This document shows positions 1 to 9,423 of a stretch of 64,000 bases of DNA, piece after piece. The notes beneath the pieces were generated by a model. The model had not been told where the DNA came from. It worked only from the letters and a program-made list of their open reading frames with translations, and searched no databases. The first letter of the stretch is position 1; every line of letters starts with the position of its first letter. The position numbers and the translations under genes are program-made. Origin of the DNA: an uncultured bacterium (GTDB lineage: Bacteria; Verrucomicrobiota; Verrucomicrobiia; Verrucomicrobiales; DEV007); NCBI GenBank assembly GCA_963977015.1, contig CAXBMO010000003.1:64001-128000 (forward strand), written 5' to 3'.

Positions 1-2
1 TT

Positions 3-623
3 TCGCAAAACTCTGAGGGGCAGGCGCGGATGACGATGTTGACGGCTTTGTTGCGGCTGCGTCAGGTTTGCTGCGATCCCCGATTGTTGAATCTGGACGA
101 TGCACCCAAGGTCGATTCCGCCAAGCTGGATCAGTTCTCAGAATTGGTGACGGAAGCGGTTGAGGGGGAACATAAGACACTCGTGTTTAGTCAGTTCACC
201 TCGATGCTGAAAATTTTGCGGGAGAATCTGGAAGAGGCGGGGATCTCCTATAACTATCTTGACGGTAGTTCTTCTGATCGAGCGGAACAGGTTCAACAAT
301 TTCAGCAACAACGTGACCGAAAGGTCTTTCTCATCAGCCTTAAAGCTGGTGGATACGGTCTCAACCTTACTGCTGCCGACACCGTCATCCACTATGACCC
401 GTGGTGGAATCCCGCAGTTGAAGCCCAAGCGACGGACCGTGCTCACCGGATCGGGCAGACCAATCCGGTCAGCGCCTACAAGTTGATCACTACCGGGACG
501 GTGGAGGAGCGCATCCTCACTCTCCAGCACCGCAAAAAGGCGGTGATTGATGCCGCGCTGGACGACGGCGAACCGCTCATGCGCGGCTTGTCTAACGATG
601 AGATACGGGAAATGATTGGATGA
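3..623 (+). CDS. SNF2/DEAD-box family helicase, C-terminal part (5' truncated by window edge)
   Basis: Frame is open from position 3. Motifs LRLRQVCCDP, LVFSQF, LISLKAGGYGLNLT, YDPWWNP and QATDRAHRIGQ are typical of the SNF2 helicase C-domain. Confidence 0.93.
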   Translation, partial: SQNSEGQARMTMLTALLRLRQVCCDPRLLNLDDAPKVDSAKLDQFSELVTEAVEGEHKTLVFSQFTSMLKILRENLEEAGISYNYLDGSSSDRAEQVQQFQQQRDRKVFLISLKAGGYGLNLTAADTVIHYDPWWNPAVEAQATDRAHRIGQTNPVSAYKLITTGTVEERILTLQHRKKAVIDAALDDGEPLMRGLSNDEIREMIG

Positions 624-671
624 TCCCGGGCAGGTGATGAACTGCGATGCCGGGAATCGAATCACTGGCCC

Positions 672-700
672 TTGACACCATCCGGAAACGCAGCTACTAA
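672..700 (+). promoter_or_regulatory. putative sigma70-type promoter of rplI
   Basis: TTGACA (672-677), 17-bp spacer, TACTAA (695-700), about 40 bp upstream of the rplI ATG. Confidence 0.55.
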
Positions 701-739
701 ACCCGCCCTTTTTAACCGAACAGGAATAGCTGTCCCATC

Positions 740-1222
740 ATGTCGAATACGAAAATCATCCTCCGCGAAAAAATCAAAGGACTCGGTGCCGAGGCCGATG
801 TCGTTCAAGTTCGGCATGGCTATGCTCGAAACTTCCTGATTCCGCAAGGGAAAGCATTTGAGGCCACCAAGGGTAACCTTCGCCAGATCGAATCGTTGAA
901 AGCGACTCGCGCCAAGCGTGAAGCTGAGGAGCTGAATGCGGCTGAGAAGCTGTCCAGCAAGATCAAGCGGACCAAGATCAACCTTGAACTCGCGACCGGC
1001 GAAACCGGTAAAGCTTTTGGATCGATCACGGTGATTGATCTGGTCAAAGCCATCGAGGAGCAGGCAGGCGAAACGATCGATCGTCACACCATCGAACTCG
1101 ACAAGCCAATCAAGACGACGGGAAGCTTCGATATCCCAGTCAAATTGCATCCTGACGTCAGTTTCCAGCTTCGCGTTAAAGTTGAGGCCAAAGGAGCGGC
1201 TGACGCCGAGGGCGAGGAGTAA
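740..1222 (+). CDS. rplI: 50S ribosomal protein L9
   Basis: N-terminal KIILREKIKGLG...V.HGYARNFLIPQG signature, plus GKAFGSIT and PIKTTG...VKLHPDV. Confidence 0.97.
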   Translation: MSNTKIILREKIKGLGAEADVVQVRHGYARNFLIPQGKAFEATKGNLRQIESLKATRAKREAEELNAAEKLSSKIKRTKINLELATGETGKAFGSITVIDLVKAIEEQAGETIDRHTIELDKPIKTTGSFDIPVKLHPDVSFQLRVKVEAKGAADAEGEE

Positions 1223-1254
1223 GCGCTATTTCCGAGGCCCCGAGCCTCCAATCC

Positions 1255-2505
1255 ATGGACTTTCAGAGATCCCCTTTTGGCGAAAAACTCAGCCAACCGA
1301 GCGGGATCCTGGAATTGATGAACGATCTGGGCGAAGGCCTCACCACCAATCGTGACGCTATCATGATGGGAGGTGGGAACCCCGCCCAGATTCCGAAAGT
1401 TCAGGAGGTATGGCGTGAACAGGCCCGGCGCTTGGTTGACGACGCGAACGCCATTGGAAATGTTCTGGCGAACTACGACCCGCCGTCGGGGAATCCGGCA
1501 TTCTTGCAGAGTCTCGCCACGTTTTTGAAAAGCCATTGTGGTTGGCAGGTCACCGAAAAGAATCTCGCGGTGACGATGGGAGGACAAACCGGGCTTTTCT
1601 TTCTCCTGAATTTGTTCTCCGGCGGTGGAAGAAAGATTCTCCTTCCCTTGATGCCGGAGTACATCGGCTATTCCAATCAACTTGCTGACCCGGATGCCTT
1701 CGTAACCCATCCAGCCAAGTTGGAGCTGCGGGGGGATCATCGTTTCAAGTATCACGTTGACTTTGAGAGCCTGGAGATTGGCGATGATATCGGAGCGATT
1801 TGTGTCTCGAGGCCCACCAACCCCAGTGCGAACGTCTTGACTGACGACGAGATCCAGAGGTTGGCGGCTTTGGCGGAAGAGCACGGGATTCCCCTGATCA
1901 TCGACAACGCTTACGGTCATCCGTTCCCGGGGGTGATCTTCTCGGACGCGAAGCCGTTTTGGAACAGCCATGTCATCCAGACCTTGAGCTTGTCGAAGTT
2001 GGGCTTGCCCGGCACTCGAACCGGTATCGTGGTCGCGAATGAAGATATTGCGGGTCGAATTGCAGCGATGACAGCAGTCGCCGGCCTGGCGAACAACAAT
2101 TTTGGCCAGGCGCTGGTCAAGCCGCTCTTGGAAGGTGACCAGCTGATCAAACTCTGTGACGAAGTGATCCGCCCCTATTATGCGAAACGGTGCGAATTTG
2201 CCTCAGGGAAGCTCGATTCCGAGTTGTCTGGCGATATTCCCTACCGTCTTCACGAGACGGAAGGCGCATTTTTCCTGTGGCTCTGGCTGGAAGACTTGCC
2301 GATCACGAGCCGGGAGCTTTATCTGCGCCTAAAGGAACGGGGTGTCATAGTGGTTCCCGGTGAATACTTCTTCTACGACCTCAAGGAAGATTGGCAGCAC
2401 CAACGGCAATGCCTGAGGATTTCCTACACGCAACCGCATGACCGGGTTGAGAAAGGATTGGGCCTGATCGGTGATGAGATCAAGAAGGTTTACCAAGGGC
2501 TCTAA
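1255..2505 (+). CDS. avtA: valine--pyruvate transaminase (PLP-dependent, class I)
   Basis: SGILELMNDL, MGGGNPA, CVSRPTNPS, IIDNAYG.PFP, PLP-lysine motif LSLSKLGLPGTRTG and EGAFFLWLW all match AvtA. Confidence 0.88.
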   Translation: MDFQRSPFGEKLSQPSGILELMNDLGEGLTTNRDAIMMGGGNPAQIPKVQEVWREQARRLVDDANAIGNVLANYDPPSGNPAFLQSLATFLKSHCGWQVTEKNLAVTMGGQTGLFFLLNLFSGGGRKILLPLMPEYIGYSNQLADPDAFVTHPAKLELRGDHRFKYHVDFESLEIGDDIGAICVSRPTNPSANVLTDDEIQRLAALAEEHGIPLIIDNAYGHPFPGVIFSDAKPFWNSHVIQTLSLSKLGLPGTRTGIVVANEDIAGRIAAMTAVAGLANNNFGQALVKPLLEGDQLIKLCDEVIRPYYAKRCEFASGKLDSELSGDIPYRLHETEGAFFLWLWLEDLPITSRELYLRLKERGVIVVPGEYFFYDLKEDWQHQRQCLRISYTQPHDRVEKGLGLIGDEIKKVYQGL

Positions 2506-2520
2506 AACCCCTTTCGCCGC

Positions 2521-3039
2521 CTAAAACCCATCGGAAACCGCCGGCTCAATCCGAGGCTCCCCCGGTGACGAAAAAGTGGGAGCGTAGGGGCTGCCAGAGC
2601 TGACGGCGCGACCTTTTCCGCGGACAATCACCGCGTTGGGTTTGCCGTTCACCATATCAACCTGCATGGTCAGATCGAAGAATCGGGAAATCTCACCAAG
2701 GATCTCTCGACGGCTGATCGAAGGGGAGATGAGTTGAAAGACCGGAGTGTTCTCGGGCAAATTCACAAAATCGTAGCGAATGTCGGAAATAGGCTGCTGA
2801 TCAAAGACCATTTTGAGGGGCATGTTCTCGTAGCGAACCTTGAAGCGTTCGTCCATCCACTTCTCAAGTGGTTCGTAGCCGGTGTAGAGAAACGAGCCCG
2901 GTGTCACACCCGGTCCGTCGGTTGGGTTCTCTCCAACGGGAGACCCTCCTGGAGGCGGAGAAACCTTCGGACCATTCGCACAGCTCGATATTGCGAGAAT
3001 CGAAACAGCGAGAAGAAGAAGCTTTGAAAAGAATTTCAT
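2521..3039 (-). CDS. hypothetical lipoprotein
   Basis: Start set at MKFFSKLLLLAVSILAISSC (signal peptide with lipobox Cys), followed by a Pro/Gly linker and a globular domain. Confidence 0.7.
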   Translation of the reverse strand: MKFFSKLLLLAVSILAISSCANGPKVSPPPGGSPVGENPTDGPGVTPGSFLYTGYEPLEKWMDERFKVRYENMPLKMVFDQQPISDIRYDFVNLPENTPVFQLISPSISRREILGEISRFFDLTMQVDMVNGKPNAVIVRGKGRAVSSGSPYAPTFSSPGEPRIEPAVSDGF

Positions 3040-3167
3040 GCTGGATTTGACGGTAGTTAGTGTGGAAAGCACCAAACCTAAAGTCAATCGCCATTTCCCG
3101 ATAATTAACTGCCGCGAATCAGTGGTAGTCGTTCTTGAAAATCTAACAAATCGCCGTTTCGTCCGGG

Positions 3168-4034
3168 ATGCCAAACTCACCTGAACCGATAGGAAATTAC
3201 GTTGCGAAATGGGGCGAAGGCCCGGTGTGGTGGGAAGGGCGGTTGCTCTACGTCGATATCGAAGGCCACAACGTGATTCGGTTTGACCCGGAAACTGGTG
3301 CAGAAGAAGTCTGGGGCGTAGGAGAGCGCGTGGGAACGGTGGTTCCTCGTTCCAACGGGCAAATGGTCATTGCAGGAGACAATGGTTTTTCCTTTTTGGA
3401 TCCCTCAACAGGAACCAAGACACCGATTGCTGATCCTGAGCCCGACAAAAAGCCCCAAAACCGTTTCAACGATGGAAAGTGCGATCCCGCCGGGCGTTTT
3501 TGGGCCGGCACCTACAGCACGATTAAGAAAACTGGGGATTGCTGGCTTTATCGGTTGGAACACGACCTTTCGGTGAGCCCAACCTATGGACCAGTCACCA
3601 GTTCAAACGGACTTTGCTGGAGCAAGGCCGCCGATACGATGTATTACATTGATACGCCCAAGCGGGAGATCCTTGCCTTTGACTACGACAATGCCACGGG
3701 AAACATCACCAATTCGCGTGCTGTTGTTGATTCCAAGGCCCTGGGAATTGAGGGATCTCTGGATGGGATGGCGATTGATGTGAATGGCAATCTATGGGTA
3801 GCGGTTTGCCACGCGGGAATCGTGGTGTGTTTCGATCCGGAAACCGGGCGCGATTTGGAACGATACGAGTTTCCCTGCATCGAAACGACTGCGGTTGCGT
3901 TCGCGGGAGAGAATCTCTCGACCCTCATGGTAACCACCGGGATTAAACCTGGCCTTGAGGAACCCGCTGCGGGAGGCCTCTTCGCCCTCGACGTCGGGGT
4001 GAGTGGTTTGCCAAGCTGCGCCTTCCAAGGTTGA
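3168..4034 (+). CDS. SMP-30/gluconolactonase/LRE family protein
   Basis: GEGPVW, NRFNDGKCDPAGRFWAGT, SNGLCWS...YYIDT, DGMAID..GNLWVA. Confidence 0.93.
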   Translation: MPNSPEPIGNYVAKWGEGPVWWEGRLLYVDIEGHNVIRFDPETGAEEVWGVGERVGTVVPRSNGQMVIAGDNGFSFLDPSTGTKTPIADPEPDKKPQNRFNDGKCDPAGRFWAGTYSTIKKTGDCWLYRLEHDLSVSPTYGPVTSSNGLCWSKAADTMYYIDTPKREILAFDYDNATGNITNSRAVVDSKALGIEGSLDGMAIDVNGNLWVAVCHAGIVVCFDPETGRDLERYEFPCIETTAVAFAGENLSTLMVTTGIKPGLEEPAAGGLFALDVGVSGLPSCAFQG

Positions 4035-4051
4035 TTCGATCGATCAAAGAT

Positions 4052-4369
4052 CTAATCCTTGGGCGCTTCGTGAATCCACCAATCCCACGCCTTTTTGCTC
4101 GATTTTCCGGCGCCTTGGAGCCCTTTTCCGGTGGCTTCCACCGCCCCAACTGCTGTGGCACCGACTTCGACAGCGCTGGAGGTTACGATTAAAGCCGGGA
4201 TGCCGACAATGTAGCCGTCATTGTCTTTGAATTCCTTGGCGTCGGCGGCCAACTGTGTGGTTGTCAGGCCAACATCGCTTGGCGTGCCAGACGTTGATGC
4301 AGTTTGGCAGCCTGCGAGCGCAAAGATTGCCAGAATTGGCAGAGTGAGAAGTGCGAGTTGCTTTTTCAT
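4052..4369 (-). CDS. small hypothetical lipoprotein
   Basis: MKKQLALLTLPILAIFALAGC lipobox. It fills the gap between two confident genes. Confidence 0.65.
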   Translation of the reverse strand: MKKQLALLTLPILAIFALAGCQTASTSGTPSDVGLTTTQLAADAKEFKDNDGYIVGIPALIVTSSAVEVGATAVGAVEATGKGLQGAGKSSKKAWDWWIHEAPKD

Positions 4370-4547
4370 GAATCAGGAAGTCGCGATGATGGTGAGATAT
4401 GGTGCTCCTGTCAATCCCAGAAACGACCATAAACGGCTGCGCCACCGGTGCCGGTGCAGGTGAGCGAAGGTTTCGACCTGTAAGCTAGATTATTATCTTT
4501 AAAATCTGGTTGATGATAATATTTACAGGCGCTAAATTTCTTTTAAC

Positions 4548-5471
4548 ATGAAACACATCCTCAACTTTGCCTTAGTTGCGGTAATGGCCACTTGCGCCGC
4601 TATGGCACAAGAGCATGACCCGCGCACCTCATCGGAGACATCTGCTCTGGTCGAGAGAATCGTAACGGAACGACTGGCGAAACATGACCAGCGACTCAGT
4701 TCTCTCGAGAGTCGCACCGGTTATCTCGAAAGACTGTTCCATGGTCTCCCGGTAGACGGCACAGAATCAGTTGCCGATAAAACTTCAACCGGTAAGACGA
4801 GCGAGGTCGGCCCTAAGCCGGCCGCTCAGGCCAATACCCACGTCATTGCAAAAGGGGAGACCCTCAGCAGCATCGCAAGGCTCCACGGAGTTTCTGTCGT
4901 CGAATTGGCACAGATGAATGGGATCAGCATTTACGACACGATTTATATTGGCGATCCCTTGAAGGTTCCTGGAGAGGCACCGGCTTTCAAGGAAAGCCAG
5001 GCACGGAACGAACCGATTCCGGTGACCCATCAACAGACGACTGGAAATGGTTCCTTTCATCGGGTTGCGCCCGGAGATACGCTTTCGAGAATCGCTGCCT
5101 TGCACAAAAAGCAGATTGGTTATTTGATGAAGTTGAACGGGTTGAGCGATCCCGACCAGATCAAGATCGGGGAGCTGATCTATCTAACGGGTGAAGTTCG
5201 TGAAACCGAGCCGAAGAGCACAGGGGGAGGCCGCCCTGCGGGTCCGGTCGCGAAAACCCCGAGTCCTGCCGAAGAAGAGACGTATCACTACTACGACGTA
5301 GCGAATGGAGACACCCTTTCGACCATCGCAGAGACCTTCTTCACAACCGTTCAGGAATTGCGAAAGCTCAACGCCCTTCCTGAGAACGCTGCGATCCGGG
5401 TCGGGCAGCAATTGATTGTCCCCACCAAGGCCTATTTCGATTATCTTCGCGAAGAAGGCGTCATCGGCTAA
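4548..5471 (+). CDS. secreted LysM peptidoglycan-binding protein (3 LysM domains)
   Basis: Signal peptide, short coiled coil, and three LysM repeats (HVIAKGETLSSIA, HRVAPGDTLSRIA, YDVANGDTLSTIA). Confidence 0.9.
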   Translation: MKHILNFALVAVMATCAAMAQEHDPRTSSETSALVERIVTERLAKHDQRLSSLESRTGYLERLFHGLPVDGTESVADKTSTGKTSEVGPKPAAQANTHVIAKGETLSSIARLHGVSVVELAQMNGISIYDTIYIGDPLKVPGEAPAFKESQARNEPIPVTHQQTTGNGSFHRVAPGDTLSRIAALHKKQIGYLMKLNGLSDPDQIKIGELIYLTGEVRETEPKSTGGGRPAGPVAKTPSPAEEETYHYYDVANGDTLSTIAETFFTTVQELRKLNALPENAAIRVGQQLIVPTKAYFDYLREEGVIG

Positions 5472-6766
5472 ATGCGATTGAGTTTCGCGAATTCGCCGAT
5501 CAGTCCCTGCGATTTGTAGAAACGAATTTCCTCGTTGCCCGCCGTTTCGAGAGCGGCGGAGGTTTCGTCGCCGCCCGTCGCGCCAGTCATGTAGGACTGG
5601 ATGGATGCGATTTTGGAAGTTTGGATCGAAAGAAACTCATCCGAAACCGTCGGGGTTGCCGGATATTGGCCCTCTTGCTGACCTTTCCGAAGTAATTCCG
5701 TGAACGGGATTCCTCCGGATTTGGCGAGTTGTTTGGCGTGATTCACGCCGTCGAGCCATTGGGAGTGCATGATCCGGTAATAATCGCGAATCGACTGTTT
5801 GTTGAAATGGACGACGAGTTCCTGGCCGTCCACGTTGAAGGTCCGTGTCGCCCGCAATGAATCGGTGTCAATCGTATCGACAAAGACGAGGTCATTCCCG
5901 TTTTTCGCGAATTCCCATTTAATGTCCCAGAGTAAAAGGCCGAGATTCTGGAGCAGGTGTTTTACGGCGCAGGCCCCCAGAACCGCCAGTTTGATGCTTC
6001 GGGCATATTGCTCCCCATTCAATCCGCAAAGCGTGAGCGCTTCCTGTTTGGAGAGGCTTCGGTCCTCCGGTTCGAATTTGGTGGTACAATCGCTGATTGG
6101 GCGATCGAGCATTTGCCATGCTTGAAGCGGTTTGGTGACCCCGAGTTCGCTTTCGAAACTCTTCTTCTGATCATCGCTGAGGCGAAGGTACTTTCGATAA
6201 ACTGAAGAGGCTCCGGTGATTCCAAACCGAACGATGTATTCCAGCGGAACCACAAAACGATCTCGGCCTGGAAAACCGGAATAGTCATAGAGCCAAGATC
6301 CCAGAACCTCGACCTCGGACGGTTTTCGGATTTCATAACGTTCCACCACATTAAAACGGCTGGGAGTCTCTGGAACGCCACTGGTCACCACATTGCCCGA
6401 TTCTGCGTCAATCATCCCGCCATGATGCGTCCTTGCGCCGTTTTGGCAGAGTTCGGGAAGGAGTCCATCCGAGAGTTCCGCGCGATATGCCGGACTTAGG
6501 GTTTCATTCTCGGCGATCGAACCGGCCACCTCTTGCCAGAAACCCGCCTCTCCCATTCGGCTATACAGCGCATGTCGAAATACGGCTCGCGCGACGTCAC
6601 TTCCCGGAACCTCAAAAATGGAGCCCACGTCAAAAACGCTTCCCGCGCTTGTCGTTTCCGTTACCATGTGGGAATCGGTCCCCGGGATGCCGTAAAGGCG
6701 TTGCACGGAGCCGACGTAGAAAGGGGTTCCCAGATTGGTGATCGGGATGTTGTTAGGAACGACCAT
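5468..6766 (-). CDS. SAICAR synthetase (PurC)-like protein, extended form
   Basis: YVGSVQRLY, GSVFDVG, VPLEYIVRFG..GASS, TTKFEPEDR, LWDIKWEF and FVDTIDTDSLR...NKQSIRDYY align by eye to PurC motifs. Start set at MVVPNN. Confidence 0.7.
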   Translation of the reverse strand: MVVPNNIPITNLGTPFYVGSVQRLYGIPGTDSHMVTETTSAGSVFDVGSIFEVPGSDVARAVFRHALYSRMGEAGFWQEVAGSIAENETLSPAYRAELSDGLLPELCQNGARTHHGGMIDAESGNVVTSGVPETPSRFNVVERYEIRKPSEVEVLGSWLYDYSGFPGRDRFVVPLEYIVRFGITGASSVYRKYLRLSDDQKKSFESELGVTKPLQAWQMLDRPISDCTTKFEPEDRSLSKQEALTLCGLNGEQYARSIKLAVLGACAVKHLLQNLGLLLWDIKWEFAKNGNDLVFVDTIDTDSLRATRTFNVDGQELVVHFNKQSIRDYYRIMHSQWLDGVNHAKQLAKSGGIPFTELLRKGQQEGQYPATPTVSDEFLSIQTSKIASIQSYMTGATGGDETSAALETAGNEEIRFYKSQGLIGEFAKLNRI

Positions 6767-6850
6767 GGCTGCGAATGATGGAGGGGACGACTGATTTGCA
6801 AGTAGAATTCGCGGTTGCGCAGTTTTTCGAAACTGGTTAGGTCGGCTGCA

Positions 6851-7888
6851 ATGCTTCCTTATGCCTTGGCCAAATTGTTGCTTTTTCGGCTCGATCCGGA
6901 AAAAGCTCACCATCTTACGCTCGACGCAATGAACGCGGCCCAGCGACTCGGTCTTCTCTCGACGCTGGCCGGAGACTCACCCGATCAGGATTCACCGCGC
7001 ATGGTGATGGGGCTGAAGTTTCCAAATGCGGTGGGTTTGGCGGCCGGCATGGATAAATCAGGAATCGCGGTCGATGCGTTTGGAGCGATCGGTTTTGGCC
7101 ATGTGGAAGTGGGAACGGTCACTCCGAGAGCGCAACCCGGAAACCCGAAACCGCGCCTCTTCCGGCTCCCCGAACACGAGGCGATCATCAATCGAATGGG
7201 CTTCAACAATCCCGGAATGGAGGCAGTGCTCAATAACTTGAACCAACGAAGCCATTTTAAAGGGATTTTGGGAGTCAACATTGGGAAGAATTTTGATACC
7301 CCAAATGAGAACGCGATCGACGACTACGTGAAGGGCTTTCGCGGGGCCTACCCAACCGCAGACTACATTGCGGTGAATCTTTCGTCGCCCAACACCAAAG
7401 GATTGCGGGATCTGCAGGCAATCGATTCCTGTAAGGCATTGATCAAACGTCTCCAGGAGGAACGTATTCAACTGGAGGACGAGACAGGGCTGTTCCGGCC
7501 GATTGCCGTGAAACTGGCTCCCGATTTGAGTGACGAACAAACCAAGGGGTTGGCCAACATGCTGAGCGAGCTGGAAATCGACGCGGTGATTGTGACCAAC
7601 ACCACGATTGATAAGACTGCGGTTCAGGGGCACCCAATGGCTGATGAAGCCGGCGGATTGAGTGGTCGACCGTTGAAAGAGCGCTCGATGGAGTGTCTGC
7701 AGGTTTGGCGATGCTCCCTTGATCCAAAGATCCCGATTATTTCGGTGGGTGGAATCCTGAATGGGGCAACGGCCAGAGAAAGGTTGGAGGCTGGCGCGGC
7801 GCTGGTTCAAGTTTACACCGGGCTCGTCTACAGGGGCCCTTCCTTGGTCCATGATATTTTGCGGGAAACCCAACTCTTGGGGGCCTAA
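6851..7888 (+). CDS. pyrD: quinone-dependent dihydroorotate dehydrogenase (class 2)
   Basis: GLAAGMDK, GTVTPRAQPGNPKPRLFRL, INRMGFNN, VNLSSPNT, GGLSG. Confidence 0.97.
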   Translation: MLPYALAKLLLFRLDPEKAHHLTLDAMNAAQRLGLLSTLAGDSPDQDSPRMVMGLKFPNAVGLAAGMDKSGIAVDAFGAIGFGHVEVGTVTPRAQPGNPKPRLFRLPEHEAIINRMGFNNPGMEAVLNNLNQRSHFKGILGVNIGKNFDTPNENAIDDYVKGFRGAYPTADYIAVNLSSPNTKGLRDLQAIDSCKALIKRLQEERIQLEDETGLFRPIAVKLAPDLSDEQTKGLANMLSELEIDAVIVTNTTIDKTAVQGHPMADEAGGLSGRPLKERSMECLQVWRCSLDPKIPIISVGGILNGATARERLEAGAALVQVYTGLVYRGPSLVHDILRETQLLGA

Positions 7889-7945
7889 CAGCGCCACCAA
7901 CGCCGCTTGACTTTCGCGTGTCCCGGCATTGAATGCGCTTCCATT

Positions 7946-8479
7946 GTGAGTGATTCCCAAATAGTCCTCCGCGAAAGCGATATCCAACACAAGATCCAGC
8001 GCCTTGCGGCTCAAATTCTGGAGGAGTGCGCTGACGTTCAACCCTTGGGATTTGTGGGAATTTACAACCGCGGGGTAGAGCTCGCCAAACGTGTTTTTGA
8101 TCTCGTTAAAAAGAAGCGGGAAGACGTTTTTTTCGGAACTCTCGACATCTCACTTTACCGCGACGATTTCGACAACCGGGGTGACATACCGACTCTGAAA
8201 AGTTCAGACATTGATTTTGACCTTCAGGGATGCCACGTCGTCCTCTTCGATGATGTGTTGTTCACGGGGCGAACCACACGAGCGGCGATTGACGCTTTAA
8301 CCGCCTACGGGCGCCCCTCTTGCATTCAGTTGGCGACGTTGGTGGATCGGGGAAATCGTGAATTGCCAATTTCAGCGGACTATGTCGGCGAAACGTTGGA
8401 AACCTCGCGCGAAGATTATGTTCATGTTCGGCTCCAAGGACCTGACAACGAAGAAAGCGTTTCCCTTATCAAATCATGA
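7946..8479 (+). CDS. pyrR: bifunctional pyr regulator/uracil phosphoribosyltransferase
   Basis: LDISLYRDD, PRPP motif VVLFDDVLFTGRTTRAA, LVDRGNRELPISADYVG. GTG start chosen at 7946. Confidence 0.92.
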   Translation: MSDSQIVLRESDIQHKIQRLAAQILEECADVQPLGFVGIYNRGVELAKRVFDLVKKKREDVFFGTLDISLYRDDFDNRGDIPTLKSSDIDFDLQGCHVVLFDDVLFTGRTTRAAIDALTAYGRPSCIQLATLVDRGNRELPISADYVGETLETSREDYVHVRLQGPDNEESVSLIKS

Positions 8480-9423
8480 AAGTGCGCAAAGACCTTCTCG
8501 ATCTCGAATCACTCGATCGTGAGGAGATTCGAGAAATCTTGAATCGAGCGGCGCCCTTCAAGGAGTTGTTTGCCAGATCGGTCAAAAAGGTTCCCAGGCT
8601 TCAGGGGAAGACGGTTCTTCTCCTCTTTTACGAACCGTCAACGCGAACTTCGACGTCGTTTGAGGTCGCCGCGAAGCGGATGGATGCGGATGTTATCAAC
8701 CTGCCGGTGGCGCAGAGTTCAGTCACCAAAGGGGAATCCGTTCTCGACACGGTGGAGACCCTTCAGGCAATGCGCGTTGACTACATTGTCGTGAGGCATC
8801 AGCGCTCTGGGGTTCCCGGGCTCATCGCAAAGAACACTGCGGCATCGGTGATCAACGCGGGAGATGGTTTTCATGCGCATCCCACCCAAGGACTACTAGA
8901 CGCCCTGACCTTGAGCGAAGTTTGGGGGGGTGATTTTGGGAAACGAAAGGTTTTGATCGTTGGTGACATTCTCCATTCGCGCGTTGCACGTTCGACTTCA
9001 ACGGTTCTTAGGAAGTTGGGAGTCGAGATTGGCGTTCTCGGACCCGGGACGTTGATTCCCGCTGGTGGGCCGCCTGATTTCAAGGTGTTTCGGACATGGG
9101 ATGAGGCGCTCGATTGGAATCCCGAGGCGGTGTATCTTCTTCGGGTTCAGTTGGAACGCCAAAAGGTCCAGTTTTTCCCGAGCCTTGGTGAGTATCACCG
9201 GAATTTTGGGCTGACGCTGGAACGCTTAAAGACTCTTGAGGATCGCGGAACCTGGGTCCTCCATCCCGGTCCCATCAACAGGGGGGTAGAGCTTGCCGAC
9301 GAAGTTACCCAATACGAGCGCTGCCTGATCAACACCCAGGTTGAGAACGGAATCGCGACCCGGATGGCGGTCCTTTATTCCCTACGACCCGGCGGAAGTC
9401 CAGATGACGATGAGCAAAGTTAG
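8476..9423 (+). CDS. pyrB: aspartate carbamoyltransferase catalytic subunit
   Basis: FYEPSTRT, INAGDG.HAHPTQ, GDILHSRVARS, HPGP.NRG. ATGA overlap with pyrR. Confidence 0.97.
   Translation: MKVRKDLLDLESLDREEIREILNRAAPFKELFARSVKKVPRLQGKTVLLLFYEPSTRTSTSFEVAAKRMDADVINLPVAQSSVTKGESVLDTVETLQAMRVDYIVVRHQRSGVPGLIAKNTAASVINAGDGFHAHPTQGLLDALTLSEVWGGDFGKRKVLIVGDILHSRVARSTSTVLRKLGVEIGVLGPGTLIPAGGPPDFKVFRTWDEALDWNPEAVYLLRVQLERQKVQFFPSLGEYHRNFGLTLERLKTLEDRGTWVLHPGPINRGVELADEVTQYERCLINTQVENGIATRMAVLYSLRPGGSPDDDEQS

Noticed and set aside
4491-4521. TATTATC-N17-GATAATA inverted repeat / Fur-like words upstream of the LysM gene
   Set aside because: It lies in an AT-rich promoter region, the spacing does not fit a Fur box, and it is likely chance.
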